Positions 48,483-58,957 are shown, numbered from the stretch's first letter. The stretch: DNA of 64,000 nucleotides from an uncultured Muribaculaceae bacterium (GCA_964396655.1 CAYNFP010000001.1:70773-134772), one strand, 5' to 3'. Notes: generated by a model not told the origin, from the sequence alone. Made by a program: numbers and translations.

Positions 48483-50225
48483 ATGAAAGAAAATAAATTT
48501 AGAAATTCTTTTTGTGGTACGGTCACAAAAGAGAAAGTAGGGCAAACCGTTAGATTATCTGGTTGGGTTGATTCAATTAGAAATTTAGGAAAATTATTAT
48601 TTATAGTATTAAGAGATGAAACTGGTACTATACAATTAATTACTGAAGATATTGAAAAATATTTAAATATTACTAGGGAATCAGTTATTAAATGTGAAGG
48701 TGTAGTAAGAGAAAGAACTAAAGAAATGATAAATCCTAATATGAAAACTGGTGAAGTTGAAGTATTAGTAAATTCTATTGAAATTTTAAGCGTATGTAAT
48801 AGTGTTTTACCATTTGAAATAAAGAATTCTCAAAGTGCTAATGAAGATACAAGATTAAAATATAGATTCTTAGATTTAAGAAATCCAATTGTTCATGATA
48901 ATATTTTATTTAGAACAGAGGTTATTGCATTTATAAGAGAAACAATGAAGGGGATGAATTTTACTGAAGTGCAAACCCCAATAATAACAGCATCTTCTCC
49001 GGAAGGAGCAAGAGACTTTATTGTTCCATCTAGAAAAAATAAAGGTAAATTTTATGCTTTACCTCAAGCACCTCAAATATTTAAACAATTATTAATGGTA
49101 AGTGGATTTAATAAATATTTTCAGATAGCGCCTTGCTTTAGAGATGAAGATCCTAGAAGTGATAGATTATATGGAGAGTTTTATCAATTGGACTTTGAAA
49201 TGTCTTTTGCAGAGCAAGAAGATGTATTTGAAGTAGGAGAAAAAGTATTTTATGATGTATTTACTAAATTTAGTAATAAGTATGTAACTCCTCGTCCATT
49301 TATAAGAATACCATTTAATGAAGCAATGCTAAAATATGGTAGTGATAAACCAGATTTAAGAAATCCTTTAATTATAACAGATTTAACAGATGTATTTAAA
49401 AATACTACTTTTGAACCTTTTAAAAATAATAAAATAAGAGGTATATTTGTAGATAATATTGAGAAGTCAAATTCTTGGTTTAATGAAATAGAAGAATATG
49501 CTAAAAGTATGGGTATGAAAGGTATATCAATACTTAGAGTTCAAGAAGATTTAACTTTTAAGGGTGGCCTTTCTAAATACTTAAGTGAAGAAGAAAATAA
49601 TGAATTAAAAAAATTATTTAATGTAAAAGTTAACGGTGCTTTATTTATAATAGCTGATAAAGAAAAAGCTAATAAATATGCTGGATTTATTAGAACTAAA
49701 CTTGGAGAATCTTTAGAATTATTAGATAAAACCAGATATGAATTTTGTATAATAAATGATTTCCCAATGTATGAATATAATGAAGAAACTGAATCTTATG
49801 ATTTTACTCACAATCCATTTACAATGCCACAAGGAGGAATGGATAGTTTACTTCATAAAGAAACCGGTGAAATATTAGCCTATCAATATGACTTTGTATG
49901 TAATGGTATAGAACTTGCAAGTGGCGGAGTAAGAAACTATAGTGTAGAAATACTTAAAAAAGCTTTTGAACTTGCAGGTTATGGAGAAGAAGAGGTCAAA
50001 AGAAGATTCACATCTTTATATAATGCATTTCAGTATGGAGCACCTCCACATGCAGGCATGGCTCCCGGAATAGATAGAATATTAATGTTGCTAAAAGACG
50101 AAGAAAATATTAGGGAAATGGTAGCATTCCCAATGAGCTCTAATGGATTAGACTTACTCATGGGAGCGCCTTCTGAAGTTAGCGAAAAACAACTTAGAGA
50201 AGCTCACATTAAAGTAAGAGATTAA
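48483..50225 (+). CDS. aspS: aspartate--tRNA ligase
   Basis: 580 aa. Class II motifs (FYALPQAPQ..., GGVRNY, GMAPGIDR) and an N-terminal OB anticodon-binding domain. Confidence 0.95.
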   Translation: MKENKFRNSFCGTVTKEKVGQTVRLSGWVDSIRNLGKLLFIVLRDETGTIQLITEDIEKYLNITRESVIKCEGVVRERTKEMINPNMKTGEVEVLVNSIEILSVCNSVLPFEIKNSQSANEDTRLKYRFLDLRNPIVHDNILFRTEVIAFIRETMKGMNFTEVQTPIITASSPEGARDFIVPSRKNKGKFYALPQAPQIFKQLLMVSGFNKYFQIAPCFRDEDPRSDRLYGEFYQLDFEMSFAEQEDVFEVGEKVFYDVFTKFSNKYVTPRPFIRIPFNEAMLKYGSDKPDLRNPLIITDLTDVFKNTTFEPFKNNKIRGIFVDNIEKSNSWFNEIEEYAKSMGMKGISILRVQEDLTFKGGLSKYLSEEENNELKKLFNVKVNGALFIIADKEKANKYAGFIRTKLGESLELLDKTRYEFCIINDFPMYEYNEETESYDFTHNPFTMPQGGMDSLLHKETGEILAYQYDFVCNGIELASGGVRNYSVEILKKAFELAGYGEEEVKRRFTSLYNAFQYGAPPHAGMAPGIDRILMLLKDEENIREMVAFPMSSNGLDLLMGAPSEVSEKQLREAHIKVRD

Positions 50226-50322
50226 TTTATAATAGAAATACACTTAATTTAAGTGTTTTTTCTTAAAATAATTGATTAAAATTCAGAATTTTTATATAAT
50301 TAGATTATAGGAAGGATTAATT

Positions 50323-51609
50323 ATGATAGATATAAATTTGATAAGAGAAAATAAAGAATTAGTAAAAGAAAATATTAAAAAGAAATTTCAGGATCATAAA
50401 TTATCCTTAGTAGATGAAATATATGATTTAGATATTAACTTTAGAAAGATTAAAACTGAAGCTGATAACACAAGAAGTGAAAAGAATCGTCTTAGTGATT
50501 CTATTGGTTCTTTAATGAGAGAAGGTAAAAAAGAAGAAGCAGAAAGTATTAAAACTAAAGTTTCTGAAATGAATAATAAAATATCTTCTTTAGAACTTGA
50601 AGAAGATGAACTAAGTAAAAAGATTAAAAAACTTATGTATCAGATACCAAATATAATAGATAAAAGTGTTCCGATTGGTAAAAATGATAGTGAGAATGTA
50701 GAAATCGAAAAATTTGGAGAACAAACTAAATATGATTTTGAAATACCATATCATACAGATATTTTAGAAAAATTAAATGGAATAGATTTGGATTCTGCAA
50801 GAAGAGTTTCTGGGAATGGATTTTATTATTTAACTGGGGATATTGCTAGACTTCATTCAGCAATACTTACTTATGCTAGAGATTTTATGATAGACAAAGG
50901 ATTCACTTATGTTATACCACCATTTATGATTCATGGAGAAGTAGTAGAAGATGTTATGAGTTTTGAAGAAATGGATAATATGATGTATAAAATAGAGGGT
51001 GAAGATTTATATCTGATTGGAACTAGTGAACATTCAATGATTGGTAGATATAAAGATACAATTCTTAATGAAAAAGAATTACCTTTAACTCTTACAAGCT
51101 ACAGTCCGTGTTTTAGAAAAGAAAAAGGAGCTCATGGTATAGAAGAAAGAGGAATATATAGAATTCATCAATTTGAAAAACAAGAAATGGTAGTTATATG
51201 TAAACCCGAAGAATCTATGAAATATTTTAATGATATGTGGAAATATACTGTAGAACTATTCAGAAGTTTAGATATTCCTGTTAGAACAATAGAGTGCTGT
51301 AGTGGTGATTTAGCGGATTTAAAAGTTAAATCATATGATGTAGAAGCTTGGTCTCCTCGTCAAAATAAATACTTTGAAGTTGGAAGTTGTTCTAATTTAG
51401 GAGATGCTCAATCAAGAAGACTTGGTATAAGAGTTATAGGAGATAATATTAAATATTATCCACATACTTTAAATAATACTGTAGTTGCACCACCTCGTAT
51501 GTTAATAGCATTCTTAGAAAATAATTTAAATGAGGACGGAAGTATAAATATCCCAGAATCTTTACAAAAATATATGGGAAATAAAAAGATTATAGGAGGA
51601 TTAAAATGA
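50323..51609 (+). CDS. serS: serine--tRNA ligase
   Basis: 428 aa. N-terminal coiled-coil arm and a class II core (TSEHSM..., FRKE, GSCSN). Confidence 0.95.
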   Translation: MIDINLIRENKELVKENIKKKFQDHKLSLVDEIYDLDINFRKIKTEADNTRSEKNRLSDSIGSLMREGKKEEAESIKTKVSEMNNKISSLELEEDELSKKIKKLMYQIPNIIDKSVPIGKNDSENVEIEKFGEQTKYDFEIPYHTDILEKLNGIDLDSARRVSGNGFYYLTGDIARLHSAILTYARDFMIDKGFTYVIPPFMIHGEVVEDVMSFEEMDNMMYKIEGEDLYLIGTSEHSMIGRYKDTILNEKELPLTLTSYSPCFRKEKGAHGIEERGIYRIHQFEKQEMVVICKPEESMKYFNDMWKYTVELFRSLDIPVRTIECCSGDLADLKVKSYDVEAWSPRQNKYFEVGSCSNLGDAQSRRLGIRVIGDNIKYYPHTLNNTVVAPPRMLIAFLENNLNEDGSINIPESLQKYMGNKKIIGGLK

Positions 51610-51836
51610 GTTCAAATGCTCCAGAAGGAAAACAAAAAAGATACGATTTATTTAAAAGAATAAAAGCTTCTTTAGCAGTTAAAGAAGCTGAAAAAATAGC
51701 CATTGAAATGTATAATTTAGGAGTACAATATGCAAATGATGGTACCACATGGCCAGAAATAGAAGCTTTAGGTTATGATAACGAACCCGAATTTGTAAGG
51801 GGTTATAATGAAACACTTGAAAAATCAGGAGAGTAG
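51606..51836 (+). CDS. small hypothetical protein
   Basis: 76 aa. 4-bp overlap (ATGA) with the serS stop. Confidence 0.35.
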   Translation: MSSNAPEGKQKRYDLFKRIKASLAVKEAEKIAIEMYNLGVQYANDGTTWPEIEALGYDNEPEFVRGYNETLEKSGE

Positions 51837-51901
51837 ATAAATACTCTTTTTTCTTTTGATATAAAAAAAAATATTAATCATATAATTTTTTAGGTGATTC
51901 T

Positions 51902-52729
51902 ATGAAAAAAATATTTCAATATATTGGTATATTATGTTTAACTGGATTTAGTTTTTATTATGCCAATAAAGTAGCAAAATTATTGAATGGCGAAGATACA
52001 GTTATGAAGAATATAAATGAATATGCACAAAAGTATGACACAAAATGTATTGAAGGTTATATTACTGATGAAGGTGTTGTTTTGGGAATAAGCGGACTTA
52101 TTGTAGATACTGAATCCAGTTATTCACAGATGAAAGGTATTGGTTTTGATACATCTTTAATTGATTATAAAGAAAATCCATGTGTTGTAAGTAAAACAAA
52201 TAATAAAGATAATTATATAATAAGGGGTAATGATTCAAAGAAATCAGTAAGTTTAATAATAAATATTACTAATGGAAAGAATTTAAAGAAAATAGTTGAA
52301 GTCACAAAAACTAAAAATGTTAATATTAGTTTTATGATAAATAATACTTTTTTAGAAAACAATAAAACATATATTTCTGAGTTAATAAATAGTAATTATG
52401 ATTTTTTATATAAAGGAGAATCTGAAGAAGAATTTAAACTATTTTTAAAAAATATAAAATCTATTAAAAAAGATATTGAAACATTTTGTATATATCAAAA
52501 CAGTGAAGATACATTAAATTACTGTTATAAAAATGATATTAACACAATAAAAGTAAGTAAAATATATTCTTCAAATTATTTATCAAATATTAAAACAGGT
52601 TTAAATAAAGGTGATTTTATAATAATGGATGAAAGTTCTGTTTTATCAACAGAAGTGGGAGTTATTATTAATTATATAAGATCAAGAGGATTAAAAGTTG
52701 TAACTATTACTAAACATTTATCTAATTAA
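51902..52729 (+). CDS. membrane-anchored protein, divergent polysaccharide-deacetylase/PdaB-like (sporulation-associated?)
   Basis: N-terminal TM. The central region loosely parallels the PdaB-family layout. Catalytic residues not confirmed. Confidence 0.3.
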   Translation: MKKIFQYIGILCLTGFSFYYANKVAKLLNGEDTVMKNINEYAQKYDTKCIEGYITDEGVVLGISGLIVDTESSYSQMKGIGFDTSLIDYKENPCVVSKTNNKDNYIIRGNDSKKSVSLIINITNGKNLKKIVEVTKTKNVNISFMINNTFLENNKTYISELINSNYDFLYKGESEEEFKLFLKNIKSIKKDIETFCIYQNSEDTLNYCYKNDINTIKVSKIYSSNYLSNIKTGLNKGDFIIMDESSVLSTEVGVIINYIRSRGLKVVTITKHLSN

Positions 52730-52787
52730 AATTTGATTGAAATATTAAAAAAATTATGATATTTTATAGTAGAGGTGAATTTGTATT

Positions 52788-53315
52788 ATGGCAATTCAAG
52801 GAAACAAAAAAAATATTGTTAAATTAATATTAGAGCAAGAAATTGAAGAAAGAGATGAACAGGAATTAATTGATCTTATTGTAGATAAACCAGTAGCGGT
52901 AGATATAGATAAGCAAGAAGAAGCCAATATGACTAAAGGGGATAGAATGGCTGATCTTATAGCCGAAAAAGCAGGTAGTTGGACATTCATTATAACTTTT
53001 GCGTCATTTCTATTTATTTGGATAGTTGTTAATACTCTTATTATGAGAGATGCAGCTGACCCATATCCATTTATACTTCTTAATTTAATTTTGTCTTGTA
53101 TCGCAGCTATGCAAGCACCAGTTATTATGATGAGTCAAAACAGACAATCAAAAAAGGATAGCCTTAGAAACAAAAATGATTATCATGTTGATTTAAAAAG
53201 CGAATTAATATTAGAAGAATTATATATACACACTGAACAAATTCTTGCAAATCAAAAAAAGATATTAAAGTATATTGAAGAAACACAAGCAAAAGAAGAA
53301 GTAGATAAAAAATAA
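52788..53315 (+). CDS. DUF1003 domain membrane protein
   Basis: GDRMADLIAEKAGSWTFIITF...PYPFILLNLILSCIAAMQAPVIMMSQNRQ is typical of DUF1003. Confidence 0.65.
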   Translation: MAIQGNKKNIVKLILEQEIEERDEQELIDLIVDKPVAVDIDKQEEANMTKGDRMADLIAEKAGSWTFIITFASFLFIWIVVNTLIMRDAADPYPFILLNLILSCIAAMQAPVIMMSQNRQSKKDSLRNKNDYHVDLKSELILEELYIHTEQILANQKKILKYIEETQAKEEVDKK

Positions 53316-53463
53316 AATTATGACAAATAATTTTATTTTTTTACATTTGCTTTACAAAAACAGTTGATTTTTGTACAAATGATTACTATAATCTACTTAT
53401 AAGGTAGTATAAAGTGCTACATATAAAATATTTTTTTATAAATTAAATTTAGGAGGGTTAAAT

Positions 53464-54564
53464 ATGGAAAAACCAAAAAAAACAAACTTTAAAAAACCAA
53501 TTTCTTCAAAAGAAGAAAAATTTATTGAAGAGGAAGATAACAAAAAATCAATTATTTTAATTATTGTTGCTATAATAGCAGTATTAGGATTAATATTTGC
53601 TTCAATTTTCTTGTTTAATGAAAAAGAAAAGAAAGATAATGATGATAATAAAGTTGATATAAAGATTCCTGAAGATGAGGAAGACGAAACTGAAGAAGTA
53701 GAAAAAGTGACAAGTAAGACAGTAGCGGAAGTAGAATCATATAAAGTTATTTATTTAGACAGAGATGCTAAACAAATTGGAGAAACACAAGAAGTATTAA
53801 AATTAGAAGATAGAGTTGATGAAGAGGCTCCTATTGTTGTTGGATATAGATTCCAAGAATGGGTAGAGTATTATGATTCAACTGAAGATATTTATTATTA
53901 TATTCCAGTTTATAGACAAAATGTTGAAAGAATTCCAGTAACCGAAGAACCTTATTTAGATGAAGAAGATTCAGTTAGTGAAGATACTTACAAAGTAGCA
54001 ATTACTAAAGTAGAAGAGCCTAATGGAACAATAACAAATTATGAAAAAGATGGAACTAAAACAACCGAAACAGCAGAAGAAGGAACAGAAGTAGAAAGTC
54101 CAACTTATACAGTTGAAGTAACCGGAGAGGTTGAAGAATTATCAAATGAAGAAATTGATGAGCAAGTTTCAATAGATGAACAATATAATCATATAATTGC
54201 TTTAAGATTTAATGCACCAGTTGGAACTACAAAAGAAAATATTGATAAAATGACTATTAAAGTATCAGCAACAAATCCAGAGGAAACTCTTGAAGCAGAT
54301 CAATATTACTATAATGGAGAAGATGGAACTCTTACAGGAAAAGATTTACTTGATAGTACAGATGAAGAATACGAAAATGGAGAATTTTATTTCTACTACT
54401 ATCAAGAAGTAGATACACAGACTAATGCAACTGTAGAAGTATATTGGGGAAATGATCCACAAGAAGATTTAACAGCAACTCCACCAGTAGAAGCAAAACC
54501 AGAATATACAGAAGTATATAATGTAGATGTATCTGGTGTAACAACAGAAGAAATTCCAGAATAA
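53464..54564 (+). CDS. single-pass membrane protein with a highly acidic (Glu/Asp/Thr-rich) extracytoplasmic domain
   Basis: TM at residues ~30-50. Followed by a terminator AAAACTCACTTAGTGAGTTTTT. Confidence 0.5.
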   Translation: MEKPKKTNFKKPISSKEEKFIEEEDNKKSIILIIVAIIAVLGLIFASIFLFNEKEKKDNDDNKVDIKIPEDEEDETEEVEKVTSKTVAEVESYKVIYLDRDAKQIGETQEVLKLEDRVDEEAPIVVGYRFQEWVEYYDSTEDIYYYIPVYRQNVERIPVTEEPYLDEEDSVSEDTYKVAITKVEEPNGTITNYEKDGTKTTETAEEGTEVESPTYTVEVTGEVEELSNEEIDEQVSIDEQYNHIIALRFNAPVGTTKENIDKMTIKVSATNPEETLEADQYYYNGEDGTLTGKDLLDSTDEEYENGEFYFYYYQEVDTQTNATVEVYWGNDPQEDLTATPPVEAKPEYTEVYNVDVSGVTTEEIPE

Positions 54565-54660
54565 AAATTAAAACTCACTTAGTGAGTTTTTAAATTATTA
54601 ACAAATGATTATTGACTATATAATATTCTTAAAATATAATAATGTTGAAGGTGGTTAAAA

Positions 54661-54873
54661 ATGAAAATAGTAGAAGATTTATCAAAATATAATAATAAAC
54701 AAATTAAGCAATTGAAATTAGGAAAAGATTATGGAATTGATATAAGATGTTATATGAATCCATTAATTCCTTCTTTTATTATGGAGAGGCGTAGATTAGA
54801 TTTAGAATGTTCAAAGGCTTATAATAAAAAATTAGAAAAAGAGATATCTGATTATGTAAGAAGATTAAATTAG
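54661..54873 (+). CDS. small hypothetical protein
   Basis: 70 aa. Flanked by a promoter-like TTGACT-17-TATAAT upstream and a terminator AACTCGCTAAGTCGAGTT downstream. Confidence 0.35.
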   Translation: MKIVEDLSKYNNKQIKQLKLGKDYGIDIRCYMNPLIPSFIMERRRLDLECSKAYNKKLEKEISDYVRRLN

Positions 54874-54955
54874 AAATAAATAAACTCGCTAAGTCGAGTT
54901 TTTTTGTATTCTTGTAATATTATTTATATTAATATATAATTAAATTGAGGAAATT

Positions 54956-55594
54956 ATGGAAGTAGTTATAGATGGAGAGTCATATAAAGTTAATATAATT
55001 AAAAAAAATAACAAAAATACTTATTTAAGAGTTAAAAGTGATTTGGAAATTTATATAACTACAAATTATTTAATGTCTAGTAATGAAGTAATTAAATTTA
55101 TAACCAATAATAAGTCTAGTGTAATAGAAATGGTTAATAGGCAGAAAATTAAAAATAAAAAAGAAGATTTATTTTATTATTTAGGTAAAGAGTATGATAT
55201 AGTTATTTGCAATTCAATTAAAAAAGTTCTTATAGATGATAATAAAATATATATAGATAATAAAAGTAAATTAAATAAATTTTTAAAAGAAGAATCTAAA
55301 AAGATATTTAATGAAAGACTAAAATATAATTATGATAAATTTGAAGAAAGAATACCTTATCCAAGTTTGAAAATAAGAAATATGAAAGCTAAATGGGGTT
55401 ATTGTAGAAAATCTGGTAGTGTAGTGATGCTTAACTTTAATTTAATTAAATATAGCATTGATGAGATTGATTATGTAATAGTTCATGAGTTATGCCATTT
55501 TCTTGAATTTAATCATTCAAAAAGATTTTGGTACTATGTAACAAAATATAAACCAGATTATAAAATTAATAGAAAAGTTTTAAGGGAAGAATAG
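54956..55594 (+). CDS. YgjP/SprT-like (DUF45) zinc metallohydrolase
   Basis: VIVHELCHFLEFNHSKRFW (HExxH..H). Confidence 0.6.
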   Translation: MEVVIDGESYKVNIIKKNNKNTYLRVKSDLEIYITTNYLMSSNEVIKFITNNKSSVIEMVNRQKIKNKKEDLFYYLGKEYDIVICNSIKKVLIDDNKIYIDNKSKLNKFLKEESKKIFNERLKYNYDKFEERIPYPSLKIRNMKAKWGYCRKSGSVVMLNFNLIKYSIDEIDYVIVHELCHFLEFNHSKRFWYYVTKYKPDYKINRKVLREE

Positions 55595-55645
55595 TTGTGT
55601 TATAATTTAATATAAGTATGAAAAACTTGATAAAGGAGTATTTTT

Positions 55646-56491
55646 ATGAACATTATTAAAAAATTAAAATCAAATGATGGCGTTTGTATTAAATATCTAC
55701 AAAAGACTAAAGATGATTTCATTGTTGAAACTGCTTTTGTTGATTATGTAAATAAATATATTATATGTTTTTCTTCTCAATTAGGATGTCCTATAGGGTG
55801 TGCTATGTGCTATAATGGGATTTCTAAAAAATTTTATAGAAATTTATCTAAAGAAGAAATAATTGAACAATGTATAAATGTAATAGAAGATAATGAATTA
55901 AAAGAAAATAAACCAATTTTATTTGGGTGTATGGGAGTTGGAGAACCTTTTCTAAATTATATTAATGTAATAAATTCAATAAAAAATTTAGATAAAAAAT
56001 ATCCTAATTCAAAATTTGCAATCGCAACCACAGGAATAGATTTATCAAAATTTTCTTGTTTGTTGGAAGATTTAAAAGATATCAAAAATTTTAAACTTAC
56101 TATATCATTACATGGTTCAAATCAGAAAGTTAGAAACAAATTGATACCAACTAAAACAAGTTTAAAAGAATTAGTAAAAGAAGTAAAAAAATATGAGGAA
56201 CTTAGTAAAAATAAAGTTGAATGGAATTATATCTTACTTGAAAATATTAATGATTCAATAAAAGACGCATTAGAACTTTGCGATTTACTTGATTCTGGTT
56301 CATATATAAAAATAAATCATTATAATAAAATTGAAGGAATAGATTTTGAGCAGAGTAAAAACATTAAAGATTTTATGAATATATTAGAAGAAAAAGGGTT
56401 AATTTGTGAGTATTATGAAACTAATGGAGAAGATATTAATGCAGCTTGTGGTCAAATGGCTTCATATGAATACGAGAAAATAAATAAATAG
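55646..56491 (+). CDS. RlmN/Cfr-family radical SAM RNA methyltransferase, compact 281-aa form
   Basis: CFSSQLGCPIGCAMC (methyl-carrier Cys plus CxxxCxxC), MGVGEPFLN, and C-terminal GEDINAACGQM (resolving Cys). These match RlmN/Cfr hallmarks. The N-terminal ~60 aa of canonical RlmN are missing. Confidence 0.65.
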   Translation: MNIIKKLKSNDGVCIKYLQKTKDDFIVETAFVDYVNKYIICFSSQLGCPIGCAMCYNGISKKFYRNLSKEEIIEQCINVIEDNELKENKPILFGCMGVGEPFLNYINVINSIKNLDKKYPNSKFAIATTGIDLSKFSCLLEDLKDIKNFKLTISLHGSNQKVRNKLIPTKTSLKELVKEVKKYEELSKNKVEWNYILLENINDSIKDALELCDLLDSGSYIKINHYNKIEGIDFEQSKNIKDFMNILEEKGLICEYYETNGEDINAACGQMASYEYEKINK

Positions 56492-56503
56492 AATAGAGGT
56501 TAT

Positions 56504-57232
56504 ATGATAGATTCAATTAAAAATGAAAAAATTAAATATTTAAAAAGTCTTAGAAATAATAAAAATATTAAAGAAGAATGTAAATTCTTAGTTGAAGGAT
56601 TTCATTTAGTGAATGAAGCTATAAAAGAAGGTATAGTTATAGAAATTTTTATACTTGAGAATACAAATATTAATTTTAATGGTAAAACAACTATTATAAA
56701 TGAGAATGTAATGAAATTTTTAACTACTTTAGAAAGTATTACTCCTGTAATTGCGTTATGCAAAACATTTGATTATGAAGTTAAACCTTATAAAAGAGTT
56801 GTTTTGATAGATGGAATTCAAGATCCTGGAAATGTTGGAACTATAATTAGAAGTGCTGTTGCTTTTAATGTAGATGCAATCGTTTTTAGTGAAGATTCTG
56901 TAAATATATATAATGAGAAACTTATAAGATCTTCACAAGGAATGTTTTTCAAAATTAAATTAATTAAAACTAATTTAATAAATTATATAAAATTACTAAA
57001 AGAGAATAACATTAGAATATATGGAACAGATTTAAAAGGAAGCATTAAGTTTAGTGAAGTAAAAATTCCTGAGAATTATGCTTTAGTATTAGGTAATGAA
57101 GGAGCAGGAGTAAGAAAAGAAATATTAGACTTATGTGATGAAAGAATATTAATTGAAATGAAAGATGATTGTGAAAGTTTAAATGTTGGTATATCAGCAG
57201 GAATTATTCTTTATAATTGGAGGTCATTATGA
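56504..57232 (+). CDS. TrmH/SpoU-family RNA 2'-O-methyltransferase
   Basis: LIDGIQDPGNVGTIIRSAVAF SpoU motifs. Confidence 0.8.
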   Translation: MIDSIKNEKIKYLKSLRNNKNIKEECKFLVEGFHLVNEAIKEGIVIEIFILENTNINFNGKTTIINENVMKFLTTLESITPVIALCKTFDYEVKPYKRVVLIDGIQDPGNVGTIIRSAVAFNVDAIVFSEDSVNIYNEKLIRSSQGMFFKIKLIKTNLINYIKLLKENNIRIYGTDLKGSIKFSEVKIPENYALVLGNEGAGVRKEILDLCDERILIEMKDDCESLNVGISAGIILYNWRSL

Positions 57233-57708
57233 GAATACTACCTATAGGGATTCTTGTTAATACTCACGGACTTAAAGGAGAAGTTAGAATAATAAGTAAT
57301 TTTGAATATAAAGACAGAATATTTAAAATTGGAAATCATTTATTAGTTGGAGAAAATCATAAAGAATTGATAATTAGTAGTTATAGAAGACATAAAAATT
57401 ATGATATGGTTACTTTTGAAGGATATGACTCAATAAATGAAGTAAATATTTTTAAAGGTATGAAAGTATATTATGATATAGATACATTAAAATTAAATGA
57501 TAATGAATATTTAGATAATGATTTAATAGGATTAGATGCTTATTTTAAAGATAAAGTTATTGGTAAAATAAATAGTATAGAAATTAATAGTAATAGAAAA
57601 TTATTTGTTATTAATGATAAATTAATACCATATAATGAGAATTTTATAGAACTAATAGATATTAAAAATAAGAGAATTATATTGAAAAATTTAGAGGGTT
57701 TGGTATAA
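57229..57708 (+). CDS. rimM: 16S rRNA processing protein RimM
   Basis: ILPIGILVNTHGLKGEVRI. The ATG at 57229 follows a GGAGGT RBS. Lies upstream of trmD. Confidence 0.8.
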   Translation: MRILPIGILVNTHGLKGEVRIISNFEYKDRIFKIGNHLLVGENHKELIISSYRRHKNYDMVTFEGYDSINEVNIFKGMKVYYDIDTLKLNDNEYLDNDLIGLDAYFKDKVIGKINSIEINSNRKLFVINDKLIPYNENFIELIDIKNKRIILKNLEGLV

Positions 57709-57756
57709 TATATAACCAAGAAACCACAAATAAATTAGAATTTTGGAAGTGATAAT

Positions 57757-58428
57757 ATGAAAATTGATATTTTGACTCTTTTTCCTACAATGTTTGAAGG
57801 TTTTTTATCTGAAAGCATAATTAAAAGAGCAATTCAAAAGAAATTAGTATCAATTAATTTAATTAATATTAGAGACTTTACTCCATATAAAAATAATCAA
57901 GTAGATGATTATGCATATGGTGGCGGTTCTGGTATGATACTTATGTGTGAACCTGTTTATAATGCTTTAAAAAATGTTAAGAAAAGGAATTCCAAAGTTA
58001 TTTTAATGACACCTAGAGGTAAAACTTTTAATCAAGAAAAAGCTATGGAATTCAAAAAAAATAAACATATAATTATTATTTGTGGACATTATGAAGGATT
58101 TGATGAAAGAATTACTAGTTTTGTAGATGAAGAAATAAGTATAGGAGATTTTGTTTTAACTGGAGGAGAAATACCTGCGATGGCAATAACTGACACTGTA
58201 GTTAGATTAATTGATGGAGTAATAACAAAAGAAAGCCTTGAAAGTGAATCGTTTAACGATGGATTATTAGATTATCCAGTTTATACTAAACCAAGAAAAT
58301 TTAAAAGAATTGAAGTTCCTGAAGTATTATTAAGCGGAGATCATAAAAAAATAAAAGAATATAGAGAATCAGAAAGAAAAAGAATAACTTCTATTTATAG
58401 AAAAGATTTAATGGGGGATAAAAAATGA
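57757..58428 (+). CDS. trmD: tRNA (guanine37-N1)-methyltransferase
   Basis: MKIDILTLFP...DYAYGGGSGMI...GHYEGFDER motifs. Confidence 0.95.
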   Translation: MKIDILTLFPTMFEGFLSESIIKRAIQKKLVSINLINIRDFTPYKNNQVDDYAYGGGSGMILMCEPVYNALKNVKKRNSKVILMTPRGKTFNQEKAMEFKKNKHIIIICGHYEGFDERITSFVDEEISIGDFVLTGGEIPAMAITDTVVRLIDGVITKESLESESFNDGLLDYPVYTKPRKFKRIEVPEVLLSGDHKKIKEYRESERKRITSIYRKDLMGDKK

Positions 58429-58868
58429 AATATATTTTAGATAACAAAAGTGATGCGATTAATTCTATAACAGAAAATGATATAAAAGGTTTAGAAATTA
58501 AGTCTTCTAATTCTGATAATGTACTTAAGGCAGAAAAAATTACTATAGTCGATGATGAATTAAAAGGTTTATATATAAAACAAAAAATAGATAAAAAAAT
58601 AATTGAAATAATTACAAAGATGAGATATTTATTAGAAAATAATGACACTAGTGATGGTGATATTGGAATGGTTCTTGATGAAGTCCAAAAGTTAAAAGGT
58701 ATTATAATAAATAAATATAAGGAACATTTAAGCGCTACTGAATATAAAGCTTTTTTACAAAAAATATTATTAACAGAAGAAGAATTTCAAAGAAAATATA
58801 ATGCAAGACAAATATATAAAGAAATGCTTATGGAAGATTTTAATGAAAATATGGGCAAAGGAAGATAA
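58425..58868 (+). CDS. hypothetical protein
   Basis: 147 aa. 4-bp overlap with trmD. Confidence 0.4.
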   Translation: MKYILDNKSDAINSITENDIKGLEIKSSNSDNVLKAEKITIVDDELKGLYIKQKIDKKIIEIITKMRYLLENNDTSDGDIGMVLDEVQKLKGIIINKYKEHLSATEYKAFLQKILLTEEEFQRKYNARQIYKEMLMEDFNENMGKGR

Positions 58869-58957
58869 TAATTTATTAAAAATATATGTTATATATAAAA
58901 TATAATTGACAAAAATTTTATTTTATAATATTATTGAGTTTGTAGTGGGGGATATTT

